Below, in pieces: positions 50,288 through 63,148 of a stretch of DNA of 64,000 nt (positions are counted from its first letter, which is position 1; each line of letters begins with the position of its first letter). A program made the translations under genes and the position numbers. The DNA is taken from the NCBI GenBank assembly GCA_041946805.1, contig JBHGBC010000005.1, positions 1 to 64,000 on the forward strand, in the 5' to 3' direction. Under the pieces are notes generated by a model. It saw nothing but the letters and a program-made list of their open reading frames with translations. It had not been told where the DNA came from and ran no database searches. The stretch comes from a bacterium (lineage in GTDB: Bacteria; Hinthialibacterota; Hinthialibacteria; Hinthialibacterales; Hinthialibacteraceae).

Positions 50288-51100
50288 TCAAGGGACAACA
50301 CCCCCGGGGGCTTCCCTGGAACACTTCTCCACCAGATTGGTTTTAATCCAATCCGCCACCGCCGCGGTCATGGCCGGGATGTACGCGTGTCCGGCCCCGG
50401 GCAACATGATGTACGCCAGGCGGCTGGCGGCTCCCGCGGCTTCATAATCCGGCAACAGGCGTTCGTACAACTCGCTGGCGTAACGGGGGTTGGCGCGCGT
50501 GTCTTTCTCGCCGGTGATGAACAAGAGGGGCTTGGGGGCGATGCCGGACGTGAAATGGATGGGATCGTACTGCTCGACCGCCGCTTTGCCCTGCAAGCGG
50601 CGGAATTCCAATAGATCGGTGATCCGGCAGACCGGCAGCAGGGCGATGCCGCCGAGCACGCGGGGTTCCTGATGCAGGGCGTAAAAGACACTCAAGGCCC
50701 CCCAGGAGATCCCGGCCACCGCGATGGCCTCCGGCGGCGCGATTTTTTTCTCGGCGGTGAACTCGACGATTTTCGCGATGTCCTCCATCGCCCCGGCGAA
50801 GGGATTCAACGTGCGGTGGGCGATGACCCGCAACAGGTTTTGCGCGGCGGGCTGCGTCTTGTTTTCCCGCCGTTCCCCATGGCCGCGCAACTCCACGGAG
50901 AGCAGATTGCACTCCAGACGCTGCAGCGCCTCGGCGAGCTCCTGATACCGCCCTTGGAAGACCTGGCTGCGGGATCCATTCAGGCCGTGAAAGAAAATGA
51001 CGGTGGGCAGGGGCCGGAACTCTTCGGTGGGCCGGGACAACAGACCGGCAACGGGGGGATTGACGCCACGGATAATGATGGGATAAAGGTGCAGGCCCAT
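50288..51100 (-). CDS. Alpha/beta hydrolase (esterase / S9-like)
   Basis: FHGLNG, GISWG nucleophile, GEKD and GAGH. Confidence 0.85.
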   Translation of the reverse strand: MGLHLYPIIIRGVNPPVAGLLSRPTEEFRPLPTVIFFHGLNGSRSQVFQGRYQELAEALQRLECNLLSVELRGHGERRENKTQPAAQNLLRVIAHRTLNPFAGAMEDIAKIVEFTAEKKIAPPEAIAVAGISWGALSVFYALHQEPRVLGGIALLPVCRITDLLEFRRLQGKAAVEQYDPIHFTSGIAPKPLLFITGEKDTRANPRYASELYERLLPDYEAAGAASRLAYIMLPGAGHAYIPAMTAAVADWIKTNLVEKCSREAPGGVVP

Positions 51101-51267
51101 ACCGTTTTCCCGCGGACTTCCCCGGTGGTGCCGCCGCCCGTGCCCCGGAGTCATCCCGGAGGGTCGATGCCGGATGGCTTGGATTCACCGGAAGCCCCTT
51201 GTGAAGCCCCCGGTTTGGTATTACTACTTCATGCAACACCATTATGCACACGGGAAGGGTGATGTCT

Positions 51268-52417
51268 ATGTACGAGGAAATTATTTCCAGCCGGGAAGCG
51301 CTGCAATCACACCTCGAAGAGCTTGGGAGGTATCTTTGACCTGGAAGGCAAAAAACGGACCGTCGCCCGCCTGGAAGAAGAGATGAACGCCCCCGGATTT
51401 TGGGACCAGCCCAAAATCGCGCAGGAGCACGGCAAACAGATCAAGCAACTCAAAAGCCTGATCGATCCCTTCGAAAACCTCCACTCCCGCATTCTCGACC
51501 TGGAGATGCTCGTGGACATGGCCCGCGAGGAACGGGAATCCCAGCACGAAGAGGAATTCCAGCAAGAACTGGCCTTGCTCCAACACGATCTGGAGGCGTT
51601 CGAGGTGCACTGCACCCTGAGCGGCGAGCACGATCCCGGCAACTGCTTCGTGAATATCCACCCCGGCGCCGGCGGCACGGAATCGTGCGACTGGGCCTCC
51701 ATGCTCTTCCGCATGTACCTGCGCTTCATCGAACGGCGGGGATGGCGCGCGGAGGTGGTTGATTACCAGGAAGGCGAGGAAGCCGGCCTCAAAAACGCCA
51801 CCATCCAGGTGAAGGGCGAATACGCCTTCGGATACCTGCGGGCGGAAAAGGGGATCCACCGGCTGGTCCGCATTTCCCCCTTTGATTCCAACAAACGCCG
51901 GCACACCTCGTTCGCGGCGGTGCACGTCATGCCCGAACTGGACGACACCATCCAGGTGGACATCGACGAAAAAGATCTGCGCATCGACACCTTCCGCTCG
52001 TCCGGCAAGGGCGGCCAACACGTCAACACCACCGACTCCGCCATCCGCATCACCCACCTGCCCACCCGCATCGTGGTCTCCTGCCAGAACGAGCGTTCCC
52101 AGCGGCAAAACAAGGAGACCGCCATGAAGATCCTCGCCTCGCGCCTCTACGAACTGATGCAGCAGGAACAGGCGGATAAGGTGGAGGAACTCTCCGGCGA
52201 AAAGCGGGACATCGCCTGGGGCAACCAGATCCGCTCCTACGTCTTCCACCCCTACAACCTCATCAAGGACCACCGCACGGGCTACGAACGGGGTGACGTG
52301 ATGACCGTGATGGACGGCGATCTCGATGATTACATCGCCGCCTACCTGCGCTACTCCCTGCGCGAGGGCGAAGCTCCGGCCGAAACGGGCCCCAGCCGCC
52401 TCGAGGAGGAGCTGTAG
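51268..52417 (+). CDS. prfB: Peptide chain release factor 2, +1 programmed frameshift at 51334-51340
   Basis: ORF0 MYEEIIS...LGRYL ends CTT TGA C with an internal SD (GGGAGG); the +1 frame continues DLEGKK with SPF and GGQ motifs. Confidence 0.96.
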
Positions 52418-52682
52418 GGAACGGCGAAATGCAATTCAGGTCCACATTGATTTCTCCCCCGAAGATCGAGGGAGGTTCGGAGGGGGTTGAAAATGTAGGG
52501 AGGATTACGCCCCGCGTAATCCTCCACCGATAACTTCCCTCTGCCGCTCCCCTGGTGGGAGAGTGGCCAAGGAGTGGGAGTAAATCCCACCTCTTCCGGC
52601 TCCTCCTGATTCAGACCAACAACGAAGCGGCGCCTCCCGGCGCCGCTTTCCTGAATCACGGAAATTCGAAATCCAACCCGCC

Positions 52683-55144
<2,462 letters not shown>

Positions 55145-55384
55145 AATGACAAAACGCTCCTCTTCTGGGTGGAGTTCCTCTCCGGTTTGCATACGAAAAC
55201 CCGCGCGTCCCGGATAAAAATACCGCATGTCCGTCCGGGAGGGCGGGGTTAAAAAGCGTCTGGAACCAAGCGAACGGCCGGGAAAAACCGAGTACATGAT
55301 GCCGTCATGCGGCGTCCGGGTAAAGGTGCTCCTCCCGCCTCACGGGGAACGGACCGCCGGAACGGGCGGGAGGTTGCGGCGCGG

Positions 55385-56218
55385 TTACACCGCCGGATTT
55401 CCAGACGGGAATTCCGCCTCCCCGGATTGGATTTTCCGTTCGAGCGCCATCAGCCGGGCGACGAATTCCGGCAGCTTCTGGAGGTATTCGGTGAAAACCG
55501 CGTAGTCGGACTCTTCCATGGCCGGTATGCCCCGGATCTTCGCGCCGTCGGCGACATCCTTGCTGACGCCGGAGCCGTTTCCCACATCCGCGTGGTCGCC
55601 GATGCGGATATGGCCCACCATGCCCACGCCACGGCCGATGACGGCGTGATTGCCGATCTTGCTGCTGCCGCAGATGCCCACGCTGTCGCCCACGCGGGTC
55701 TCTTCCCCGATGACGGCGTTGTGGCCCACCTGCGTGAGCGCGCCCACCCGCGAGCCCCGGCCCACCACGGTATGCCCCAGCGTGGCCCGGTCGATGGTGG
55801 CGTTCGCGCCGATCTGAACGTCATCCTCGATGATCACGTTCCCCACCTGGGGAACCTTGTAATTGACTCCGTCTTCCTTCTTGGCGTACCCGAAACCGTC
55901 ACTGCCGATCACCACGCCCGAACTGATCAGAACCCGGTGGCCGACGACGGTTTTTTCCCGCAAGGTGACGAGTGGCATCAAAACCGTCTGCGAGCCGATG
56001 GAACAATCCTCACCGATGTAACATCCAGGGTGGATCTCCGTGTAACTCCCGATCCGCGTGCCCCGCTCGATGACGACATGGGCGTGAATCTTCACACCTT
56101 CCCCCAAGGTAACACTCGGATCGATCACCACGGAGGGATGAATCTGGATTTCTTCGCCGGACTGGGAAGGTTGTAACGCGGAGCCCCCCATTTTCGCGGT
56201 AGGTGCCACTGGTTTCAT
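55385..56218 (-). CDS. LpxD-like hexapeptide-repeat acyltransferase lacking the N-terminal domain
   Basis: [35 protein letters not shown] and C-terminal helix LPE...L; about 277 aa. Confidence 0.75.
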   Translation of the reverse strand: MKPVAPTAKMGGSALQPSQSGEEIQIHPSVVIDPSVTLGEGVKIHAHVVIERGTRIGSYTEIHPGCYIGEDCSIGSQTVLMPLVTLREKTVVGHRVLISSGVVIGSDGFGYAKKEDGVNYKVPQVGNVIIEDDVQIGANATIDRATLGHTVVGRGSRVGALTQVGHNAVIGEETRVGDSVGICGSSKIGNHAVIGRGVGMVGHIRIGDHADVGNGSGVSKDVADGAKIRGIPAMEESDYAVFTEYLQKLPEFVARLMALERKIQSGEAEFPSGNPAV

Positions 56219-56667
56219 CGGTGGTAACTCCCTGTTTCGTTCTCCTGCCAGGATCAAACCATCCTCAAACCATGATCGGCGATGGTACGCGGGTGACTTT
56301 CATTGCCCGCTTCCTTGCCCGGGATGATGGCTTCCGGGGGGAAGATCCGGCATCCCAGTGGATACTGGTCCGCCCCTCGCGGGCTCATTGGATTTTGATA
56401 CCCAGCTTCTCCTCAATATCAGAACACAATGATCACATCGATTCGTACTTCGCGCGTCCAACTTCATTCTTTTTGTAAATATTAAATCACATAATCCCTT
56501 AAGAATCAACAAAATATTTTCTCTCGCGCCCGCAAGGCCGGGAGAGGACGCGCGGCTCTCCACCCACACGGAACCGGCCCGTTCAAAATAATCATCTTAC
56601 CTGCCCCTCCGCCTTCTGGAAAGAGGAGGGACCGGATTGTACACGGGTTGCCGGCCACGCGCGGATA

Positions 56668-58152
56668 TTATTTTTGTGGACTTCGATATACCCCGAACGC
56701 CGCCATGACCGGACACGCACGGGACTGCCAGATGCTCAGGCGCACCTTGGACGCCGTGACCGGCTTGAAGCGGTCCAGCTTTTTATAGCCAATCGTGGTT
56801 CCCTCCACCATGGTTTTCCAGGCCTCGCCCGCGAGAGCCTCGATGGAATAGGCAAAAACGCGCTGGCCGAGGGCGATAGGCTCCTGGATCAGGGCGCGGT
56901 CGAAGGTCGTGGGTTGCCCTAGATCCACTTCCAGCGAGGCGGACGTGACACCGTCATCCGTGGCCCAATAGGTGGCAGGATCGCCGTCGAGGGCTTTTTC
57001 CGGGCCAAAGCGTTTGTCGTTCCACCGGAAATTGGAGGCGCGGGCGGGTTTGTTCAACGCCAAATCGTTCTGGAATGTGGCATCAATCACCTGCCGCAGC
57101 TCCAGCAGGCGGCGGGCGTCGTTCTCGTGGATCCGCCCGCGCTTGTCCGGGGGGATATTGAGCAGCAGCACGCCGTTGCGCCCCACCGATTTGTAATAAA
57201 TATCGAGCAGTTGTTCCAGGGATTTGACCTTCCCGTCCTCCTCGGGGTGATAAAACCAGCCGGGGCGGATGGAAACGTCGCATTCGGCCGGATACCACAT
57301 GACCTCGATGGGGGCGTTGTTCCGGGCCGATTCGTCAGCGTATTTCGCGCCGCCCCCGTCCATGAACCAGCGCTGGTGCCCTACCCAGTCCCGCTTCCGG
57401 ATCTCCTCGGTCACCGGCTGGACGCTCCACTCGGTCTCCCGGGCGACGCCGGATTCGTTGCCCACCCAGCGGATATCCGGCCCACAGCCGAAAATAAGAG
57501 CCCGGGGCTGGAGCTGCCGGACCACGGCGTAATAGGCATCCCAATCGTACTCCTGGCGCTTGCCGTTGGGGCCTTCCCCACAAGCGCCGTCGAACCAGAC
57601 TTCGGTGACCTCCCCATAATTCGTTAACAACTCGCGCAGTTGATTTTGGAAATACGTGTTGTACGCGGGCGAATCACCGTAGCTCTTCTCATGCCGGTCC
57701 CAGGGCGAAAGGTAAATGCCCAGCTGGATTCCCTCCCGGCGGCAGGCGTCGGCCACCTCGCGGACCACGTCGCCCTTCCCGCCCTTCCAGGGGCTGTTTT
57801 TCACGGAATGCTCCGTGTACGCGCTGGGCCACAGGCAGAAGCCGTCATGGTGCTTGGCGGTGAGTATGAGCATCTTGAAGCCAGCGTCCTTGAGGATCCT
57901 GGCCCACTGCGTGGCGTCGAACGCGGAGGGATTGAAAAGGGCCGGATCCTCGGTCCCCTCGCCCCATTCCCGGTTGGTGAAGGTGTTCATGCCGAAATGG
58001 GCGAAGGCGATGGTTTCCATGTTCTGCCAGGCGATCTGTTGCGCCGACGGCGTCGGCGCCAGCGGCGCGGGCGGATCCCCGGCCGCCGCTCCCCCGGCCG
58101 CAACCACGAGGACAAGAAAAATCGAAACAAACAAGATAAAACGATGCTTCAT
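56668..58152 (-). CDS. Secreted alpha-L-fucosidase (GH29) with C-terminal F5/8 type C (discoidin) module
   Basis: HFGMNTF, TAKHHDGFCLWPS, YLSPWD, WFDGA, RWVGNE and ECDVSIRPGWFYH. Confidence 0.93.
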   Translation of the reverse strand: MKHRFILFVSIFLVLVVAAGGAAAGDPPAPLAPTPSAQQIAWQNMETIAFAHFGMNTFTNREWGEGTEDPALFNPSAFDATQWARILKDAGFKMLILTAKHHDGFCLWPSAYTEHSVKNSPWKGGKGDVVREVADACRREGIQLGIYLSPWDRHEKSYGDSPAYNTYFQNQLRELLTNYGEVTEVWFDGACGEGPNGKRQEYDWDAYYAVVRQLQPRALIFGCGPDIRWVGNESGVARETEWSVQPVTEEIRKRDWVGHQRWFMDGGGAKYADESARNNAPIEVMWYPAECDVSIRPGWFYHPEEDGKVKSLEQLLDIYYKSVGRNGVLLLNIPPDKRGRIHENDARRLLELRQVIDATFQNDLALNKPARASNFRWNDKRFGPEKALDGDPATYWATDDGVTSASLEVDLGQPTTFDRALIQEPIALGQRVFAYSIEALAGEAWKTMVEGTTIGYKKLDRFKPVTASKVRLSIWQSRACPVMAAFGVYRSPQK

Positions 58153-58493
58153 GAGAGATCCCTTCCGATTTCAAGATGCCGTCCACATCCCCCGGCCCGC
58201 ACGCCCTCGCGGAGATGGGCCTTTCTTCGTGATCATGCCGAAGGCGGGGGGTAGAATCAAGGATGAAGAGGATGGCTGTCATTCCCGCCGGCATCGGCCG
58301 ATTGAACCTCGATTCTTACGGAAATTGCACGGACTACACGGAGTTCTGATTGCCTTTTCCTCCCACCCTCCCCGGTTCATAAATCCACTCCTGTTGGTGT
58401 TATTCACGGGTTATCCACAGGCGAAAAACCATTTTAACTACCCGCTATATAAAGAGTTATACAGAATTACATCACAGGTTATATAACATCCCC

Positions 58494-60686
58494 TCAGGGG
58501 ACCGGGGTGGGCGATGGAGCGGGAGTGGGAAAGGCATCCACGGTCTCGGCCGCGAAGGTGATTTGGTACGCGCCCGGCTCTCCGCTGACTTGGAACACCA
58601 CATACGGATACCCCACGCCGTAAAAGGTCCCCCCGAGACTGCCGAGTTCTTGGCTGGTCACCGAATACGACTGCAGCAGATCAAACCGGATCCGGGTCTC
58701 GGCACCCGCCGGCTGGACCTGAATGGTGTAGATCCATTTGGTGTTCGCGTATTCGGGCTGAGAGCGCCGGCGCGCGGCGGCGGGAGAGATCAATCCAAAT
58801 GCCATGTAATCCTCGTCGCCGGCCGGATCGATCGCCCGCATGTAAGTTTTTGGCGTTGTATAGGATTGCCCATAGATGCTAAATATGCGGGGATCGCTCG
58901 CGGAATTGTCCGGCTCGAAGTCGTCCGGGAATGACACCGGTGCGGTGGGCGTGGGCGTGGGAACCGGCGGCGCCGGCGTGGGCGTCGGCTCCGTGCCGGT
59001 CCACGGAGCGCCATCCACGCGGGTGTCCGCCCGCGTCAAGCGCAGATCATCCACCACGACCGAACCATCCGCGCCCGGGCCGCCGATTTGCGCCACCACA
59101 TGAATGGGAACCGCCGGATTGTTTACATGAAAATCACCGCCTAAAAGCAAGTCTTCCGGCTCTCCTTCACCCGGACCGGGAAGTTGATTTACATCCCGGA
59201 ACAATCCCACATTCTGATATCCGTTGGTCATCACGAAAGCCAGCGTTCCCCCGCCGGGGAGGGAATCCTGCTGGACGCGGACCTGCCCCAGCAGGCGGAA
59301 GGGATAGGCCCCCTCGAGATCCATCACCCGCGTCGCGATATTGGCCGCCTGGTTCCGCGGCTGCAATGTAAGCCGAATGGCAATGTCCGTCAGCGATTCA
59401 AAGAAGGGTATCACCGCGCCATCCGCCCCGTTCAAACCCAATATCAAATTCTCCAGACTGTGGTCGAAACTGCCATCCGTCTCGAGCTCCACCGGGATTC
59501 CCGTAGCCGCCGGCAGTCCGGTGTGAACATCCAAATTATCCACCCAGATTTGGGTGGATTGCCCGGACTGGGACTCATTGACCGCCTGCACGGCCAACTG
59601 CAATTTCCCACCGGGCGGTTGGTAAAAAAGATACATTGAGCGGTAATCGTTGACCGGAATCTCTTCCAAGGCAATGTTCGAATAAGCCAGTTGTCCATCC
59701 ACGGGACTGTTCAAGGCCGCCAGCGCCACGGCCGCGGCGGAATTGGACGCGCGCACGGCCGCGGACACGCGCGCGAGGGCCGGCGCGTCCATGACGGTGT
59801 GGGATAAAATCCACACTCCCTGGCCGGGCTCCAGCACGGCTGTCAGGCCCGTTCCGTCCGTGCCTGGACCGCTGGGAATGGATCCAAAACTTACATTCCC
59901 CATGACATACCCCGCGGGAGGATCGGCTGACAAGCCATTCGCTTCCAGGCTCGCTCCATCCAAGGGGATGACATGAGGAGAAGGGGGAACCGGCGCCGGA
60001 GACGGCGTGGGCGATGGTACCGCGGTTTCCGCAGCTATCGTCACAATGAATTTCGGACGGAACGTTGCATCGGGATATTCGCTGGACGCGTAATGAATCC
60101 ACGTCCGGTCTTCGCTTTCAAAGGGCGCGTTCGGGCCCGCGAGCACGATTCCCTGCTTCCACGAATCCCGCGTATCGCGGAGCAGGGACCGGAACCGCTC
60201 CTTGATGGAACCGTGTTCGATCCCATCCACGGCTCCCGCGCCGTTGTTGGGTTTGTAAGCGAATTGAATGCCCGAGAAGGAGGGTTGATTATTCCAGGTA
60301 ATCGTGGACTCGTCCCATTCCGCCTCGGGAAAATGCACCGCGATACTGGACAGCCAGGCGGCGGAAAAATTGTATTGCGTCAAGACCAAGCGCAAATCCA
60401 GCAAATCCACCGTGGCGGGATCGTACCCCGCGTCCAGCAAAAACCGGCGGATATCGAACGCGAGATAAACCCGGGAAGTGTAATTGAACTGCTCGCTGCC
60501 TTTGGGGCTTACCGTGATATCCGCGTCATTGCCCCAATTTCCATCCGGCAGGTCCGCCCGCACCCGGGCATCGGATATATATAGTTGGCTTTGCGTCTCC
60601 AGAGTTACGATTTCCGCCCCGGCGGTAGATAGATCAACAAGGCAAGGGAAATACAAAACCAACATCGACAACACCCATCGGTTCAT
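58494..60686 (-). CDS. Large secreted modular protein (DNRLRE/CBM96-like N-terminus, Pro/Thr linkers, C-terminal PPC-like domain)
   Basis: AAGGAGG RBS; signal peptide; DARV...PD.N.G, YLAFD, WDESTITWNNQP and SSE...RPK; PTPTP linkers; DDFEPDNS...GDEDY. Confidence 0.75.
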   Translation of the reverse strand: MNRWVLSMLVLYFPCLVDLSTAGAEIVTLETQSQLYISDARVRADLPDGNWGNDADITVSPKGSEQFNYTSRVYLAFDIRRFLLDAGYDPATVDLLDLRLVLTQYNFSAAWLSSIAVHFPEAEWDESTITWNNQPSFSGIQFAYKPNNGAGAVDGIEHGSIKERFRSLLRDTRDSWKQGIVLAGPNAPFESEDRTWIHYASSEYPDATFRPKFIVTIAAETAVPSPTPSPAPVPPSPHVIPLDGASLEANGLSADPPAGYVMGNVSFGSIPSGPGTDGTGLTAVLEPGQGVWILSHTVMDAPALARVSAAVRASNSAAAVALAALNSPVDGQLAYSNIALEEIPVNDYRSMYLFYQPPGGKLQLAVQAVNESQSGQSTQIWVDNLDVHTGLPAATGIPVELETDGSFDHSLENLILGLNGADGAVIPFFESLTDIAIRLTLQPRNQAANIATRVMDLEGAYPFRLLGQVRVQQDSLPGGGTLAFVMTNGYQNVGLFRDVNQLPGPGEGEPEDLLLGGDFHVNNPAVPIHVVAQIGGPGADGSVVVDDLRLTRADTRVDGAPWTGTEPTPTPAPPVPTPTPTAPVSFPDDFEPDNSASDPRIFSIYGQSYTTPKTYMRAIDPAGDEDYMAFGLISPAAARRRSQPEYANTKWIYTIQVQPAGAETRIRFDLLQSYSVTSQELGSLGGTFYGVGYPYVVFQVSGEPGAYQITFAAETVDAFPTPAPSPTPVP

Positions 60687-60705
60687 ATCCATACCTCCTT
60701 TTCCC

Positions 60706-61314
60706 TCACCCCCCCACCACCGTGCGGGCCTGCACATTCCCCCCGAAGCGGGCGATGTCCCCCAGGCTGTACAATCCATTCGAGGGGGAATACATATTGT
60801 TGATGTTCCCCTGAATGGGCAGCCATTCCAGGCCCTGGGTGACCTTGTCCGGCCCGTGGCTCATCAAACTATACCCCTTCAACGAATCGATGTTGATGTG
60901 ATACGCCTCCGCATGCGCCCGCACATTGCTGTACGTGGTCCACAATCCCCCATAGCAAATATATTGATAGCTCAACACGGTGCGCTGGTCGGAGGGATAC
61001 CAATTTTTCTGCGAATCGGGCCGGAACGGATCGGGCAGCGCGATGCTGGAGGTATAGGCCACCGGCGTGGTCAGTTCATTGACATACTCGATGTAATGAA
61101 ACTGCCGCCGGGGAAACGGAAAGCCGTTCTGATCGATCTGGTACAACTCCAGCGCCGAGCCCACGGCCTGGTGGTCGCCCATCACCCGGGCGATCTTGGC
61201 GCGCGTCTGGGCGTTGAGAAAATTGGGCACGGCGATGGCGGCCAGCACGCCGATGATGGCCACGACGATCAACAATTCGATTAAGGTGAACGCGGTCCGG
61301 GTTTGCGATTTCAT
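60706..61314 (-). CDS. Prepilin-type N-terminal cleavage/methylation domain protein, paralogue of 16356-16988
   Basis: A|FTLIELLIVVAIIGVLAAIAVPNFLNAQTRAK, LTTPVAY, SHGPDK and SNGLYSLGDI. Confidence 0.9.
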   Translation of the reverse strand: MKSQTRTAFTLIELLIVVAIIGVLAAIAVPNFLNAQTRAKIARVMGDHQAVGSALELYQIDQNGFPFPRRQFHYIEYVNELTTPVAYTSSIALPDPFRPDSQKNWYPSDQRTVLSYQYICYGGLWTTYSNVRAHAEAYHINIDSLKGYSLMSHGPDKVTQGLEWLPIQGNINNMYSPSNGLYSLGDIARFGGNVQARTVVGG

Positions 61315-61488
61315 GTTATATATCCCGCCTTCGGAACTGGTTGGACACGGGAATATCGTTTCACAACCCGCGGATTTCATAAAGCCGGATCATGATTCCC
61401 GGACTCCCGGCCGTGACATCCCGGACCTTGCCGAAACGCCGAAAGACTCGATAATAATCCAAAAATATCACAACCTGGACATTTCATC

Positions 61489-62061
61489 ATGCAGACCACC
61501 GTTTTCCGCCCTGCCGCCGTTTTTCCGTGGACCCTGCTCCTCGCCGCGTTCCTCGGATGCAAAAGCCCCGCGCAAAACGATCCGCCGGCCGGATTGATCA
61601 ACCTGTACGAAGGCCCGGTGACCACCTTCCACCGTTCCTGTTCACCCTGCCACGGCGAGAACGGTTCGCAATACACCACCGATTTTCACGCACTGTCCGA
61701 CGCGGACCTGGCGGATAAAATCAACTCCATGATGAACGGCCCCGCACGGATCACCGCCCCCTCCCCGGAGGAAATCCACGCCATGATCGCCTATCACCAT
61801 GCCCTGCGGGACCAGAGCCTCTTCCTCATGGTGTCGAACCCAGCCGCCGTCTTGGAAGACGGCCACACGGTCTTGAAAGGCAACGTCACCCCCGGCGCGG
61901 CGGTCGAGTTGCGGCAGGGGGAAACCGTCCTTCCCGCCACGGTGACCGGGGGCGAATGGATTCTCGAGAACGTCCCCCCGCCCCCCTTCGTCCTCGCCGC
62001 GAAAAAAGACAATTTGGAGACCTCCTTCCCGTTCCCGGAAAGGCAATTCAACGAATTGTAG
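61489..62061 (+). CDS. Monoheme c-type cytochrome lipoprotein
   Basis: Lipobox-like FLGC; CSPCH heme motif; candidate distal Met (SMM); C-terminal beta domain. Confidence 0.7.
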   Translation: MQTTVFRPAAVFPWTLLLAAFLGCKSPAQNDPPAGLINLYEGPVTTFHRSCSPCHGENGSQYTTDFHALSDADLADKINSMMNGPARITAPSPEEIHAMIAYHHALRDQSLFLMVSNPAAVLEDGHTVLKGNVTPGAAVELRQGETVLPATVTGGEWILENVPPPPFVLAAKKDNLETSFPFPERQFNEL

Positions 62062-62340
62062 GTTTGTTGATCATCATCGCGGCGAGATAATGATTACCTT
62101 GTGACAATTTACCGAAACGCACCGCTTAGTAAGCGCCAACGGCGCGGCCTGAGTATAGCCCAGGGTGTAAGCCTTGGGAAAGATGAAATAGAAATAACAG
62201 TATTTAATCCCCTCTCCCCCTGGGAGAGGGTCAGGGTGAGGGAATTATAGTAGGGGCGGACCTTGGTGTCCGCCCTCGCCCAATGGCGGATGAAATCAAT
62301 TTTACTTCTTCAGGTACGCACTTCTCGGATGTACTAAAAT

Positions 62341-62616
62341 TCAGAACTCTTCGATATCACTCAAGAATGTATTTCTAAGCTTCGATAGATCGAAGTAAAC
62401 ATTCCGCTGCTCTCCCTCTGGGGATTGTATAGTCATCATATCATATTTCTTTCCTTCGATCTCCAGCAATGCTTGAAGACATGGTGAAAAATTCGGATAT
62501 TCATCCCGAATCCAATCGTATTCCTCTCTAACACATTGAACTATCACGGCCTGTTCGGGGGAGGACCCATCTCGCTGTTCATTCAATTTCTCGAATTGAT
62601 TATCGTTACTGATCAT
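62341..62616 (-). CDS. Small hypothetical protein
   Basis: GGAGG RBS; DGSS.EQAVI...EYDWI...YD.M.I...VYFD; AT-richer. Confidence 0.65.
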   Translation of the reverse strand: MISNDNQFEKLNEQRDGSSPEQAVIVQCVREEYDWIRDEYPNFSPCLQALLEIEGKKYDMMTIQSPEGEQRNVYFDLSKLRNTFLSDIEEF

Positions 62617-62689
62617 GACCTTTCCCCTCCATCTAATCATTCTTGTCAAAATAATCGTGTAGAATGGATTAGCGCAGCGTACTTCCCGA

Positions 62690-62893
62690 TTACTTCCGCA
62701 CCGGGATCGATCCGGTTTCCAGTATGGATAAATCCACGACGCGGCTGGCCCGGTCGATGTCGATCCCTGTGATGTGGCCATCCGCGTCGAAATCGAGTAC
62801 GACGCCCGGCGCGACTTCGTCCGAATCCACGCTCGCCCGCCCGGAGAGGTCGATGTAGAGAGAATCAGTTTCCTCGTAATAATGGATTTTCAT
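62690..62893 (-). CDS. DUF2283-family protein (putative antitoxin)
   Basis: MKIHYYEETDSLYIDL...EVAPGVVLDFDADGHITGIDI. Confidence 0.85.
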   Translation of the reverse strand: MKIHYYEETDSLYIDLSGRASVDSDEVAPGVVLDFDADGHITGIDIDRASRVVDLSILETGSIPVRK

Positions 62894-62894
62894 C

Positions 62895-63089
62895 CTACCC
62901 CCTCCCCCCCTGCGTCTCCACAAACTTCCTAAACGACCGGTCGTAGGTTTTTTCCACCGCCGGGGGGAAACAGCAGGCCGGCAGTTCCTGCATTTTCAAA
63001 TGATAGGCCAGGCACTCGCAGCATTTCCCATGCCGCGGGCAGCCCGCGTAGGTGCAGGTACAGGGCAGGCGATTCGCGCATTCCGCCAT
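62895..63089 (-). CDS. Small Cys-rich protein (DUF6485-like)
   Basis: CTCTYAGCPRHGKCCECLAYH..ELPACCFP...TYDRS; AGGAGG RBS. Confidence 0.8.
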   Translation of the reverse strand: MAECANRLPCTCTYAGCPRHGKCCECLAYHLKMQELPACCFPPAVEKTYDRSFRKFVETQGGRG

Positions 63090-63148
63090 GATTCATCCTC
63101 CTAGGCCCATTCTCAGAACTGGGTGATCTGCACGATCCAGTTTCGAGA

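Noticed and set aside
55145..55384. SAM/SAH riboswitch upstream of metK-ahcY
   Set aside because: GC-rich hairpins are present, but no SAM-I or SAH consensus was recognisable; GAGGAGCG here is explained by the RBS.
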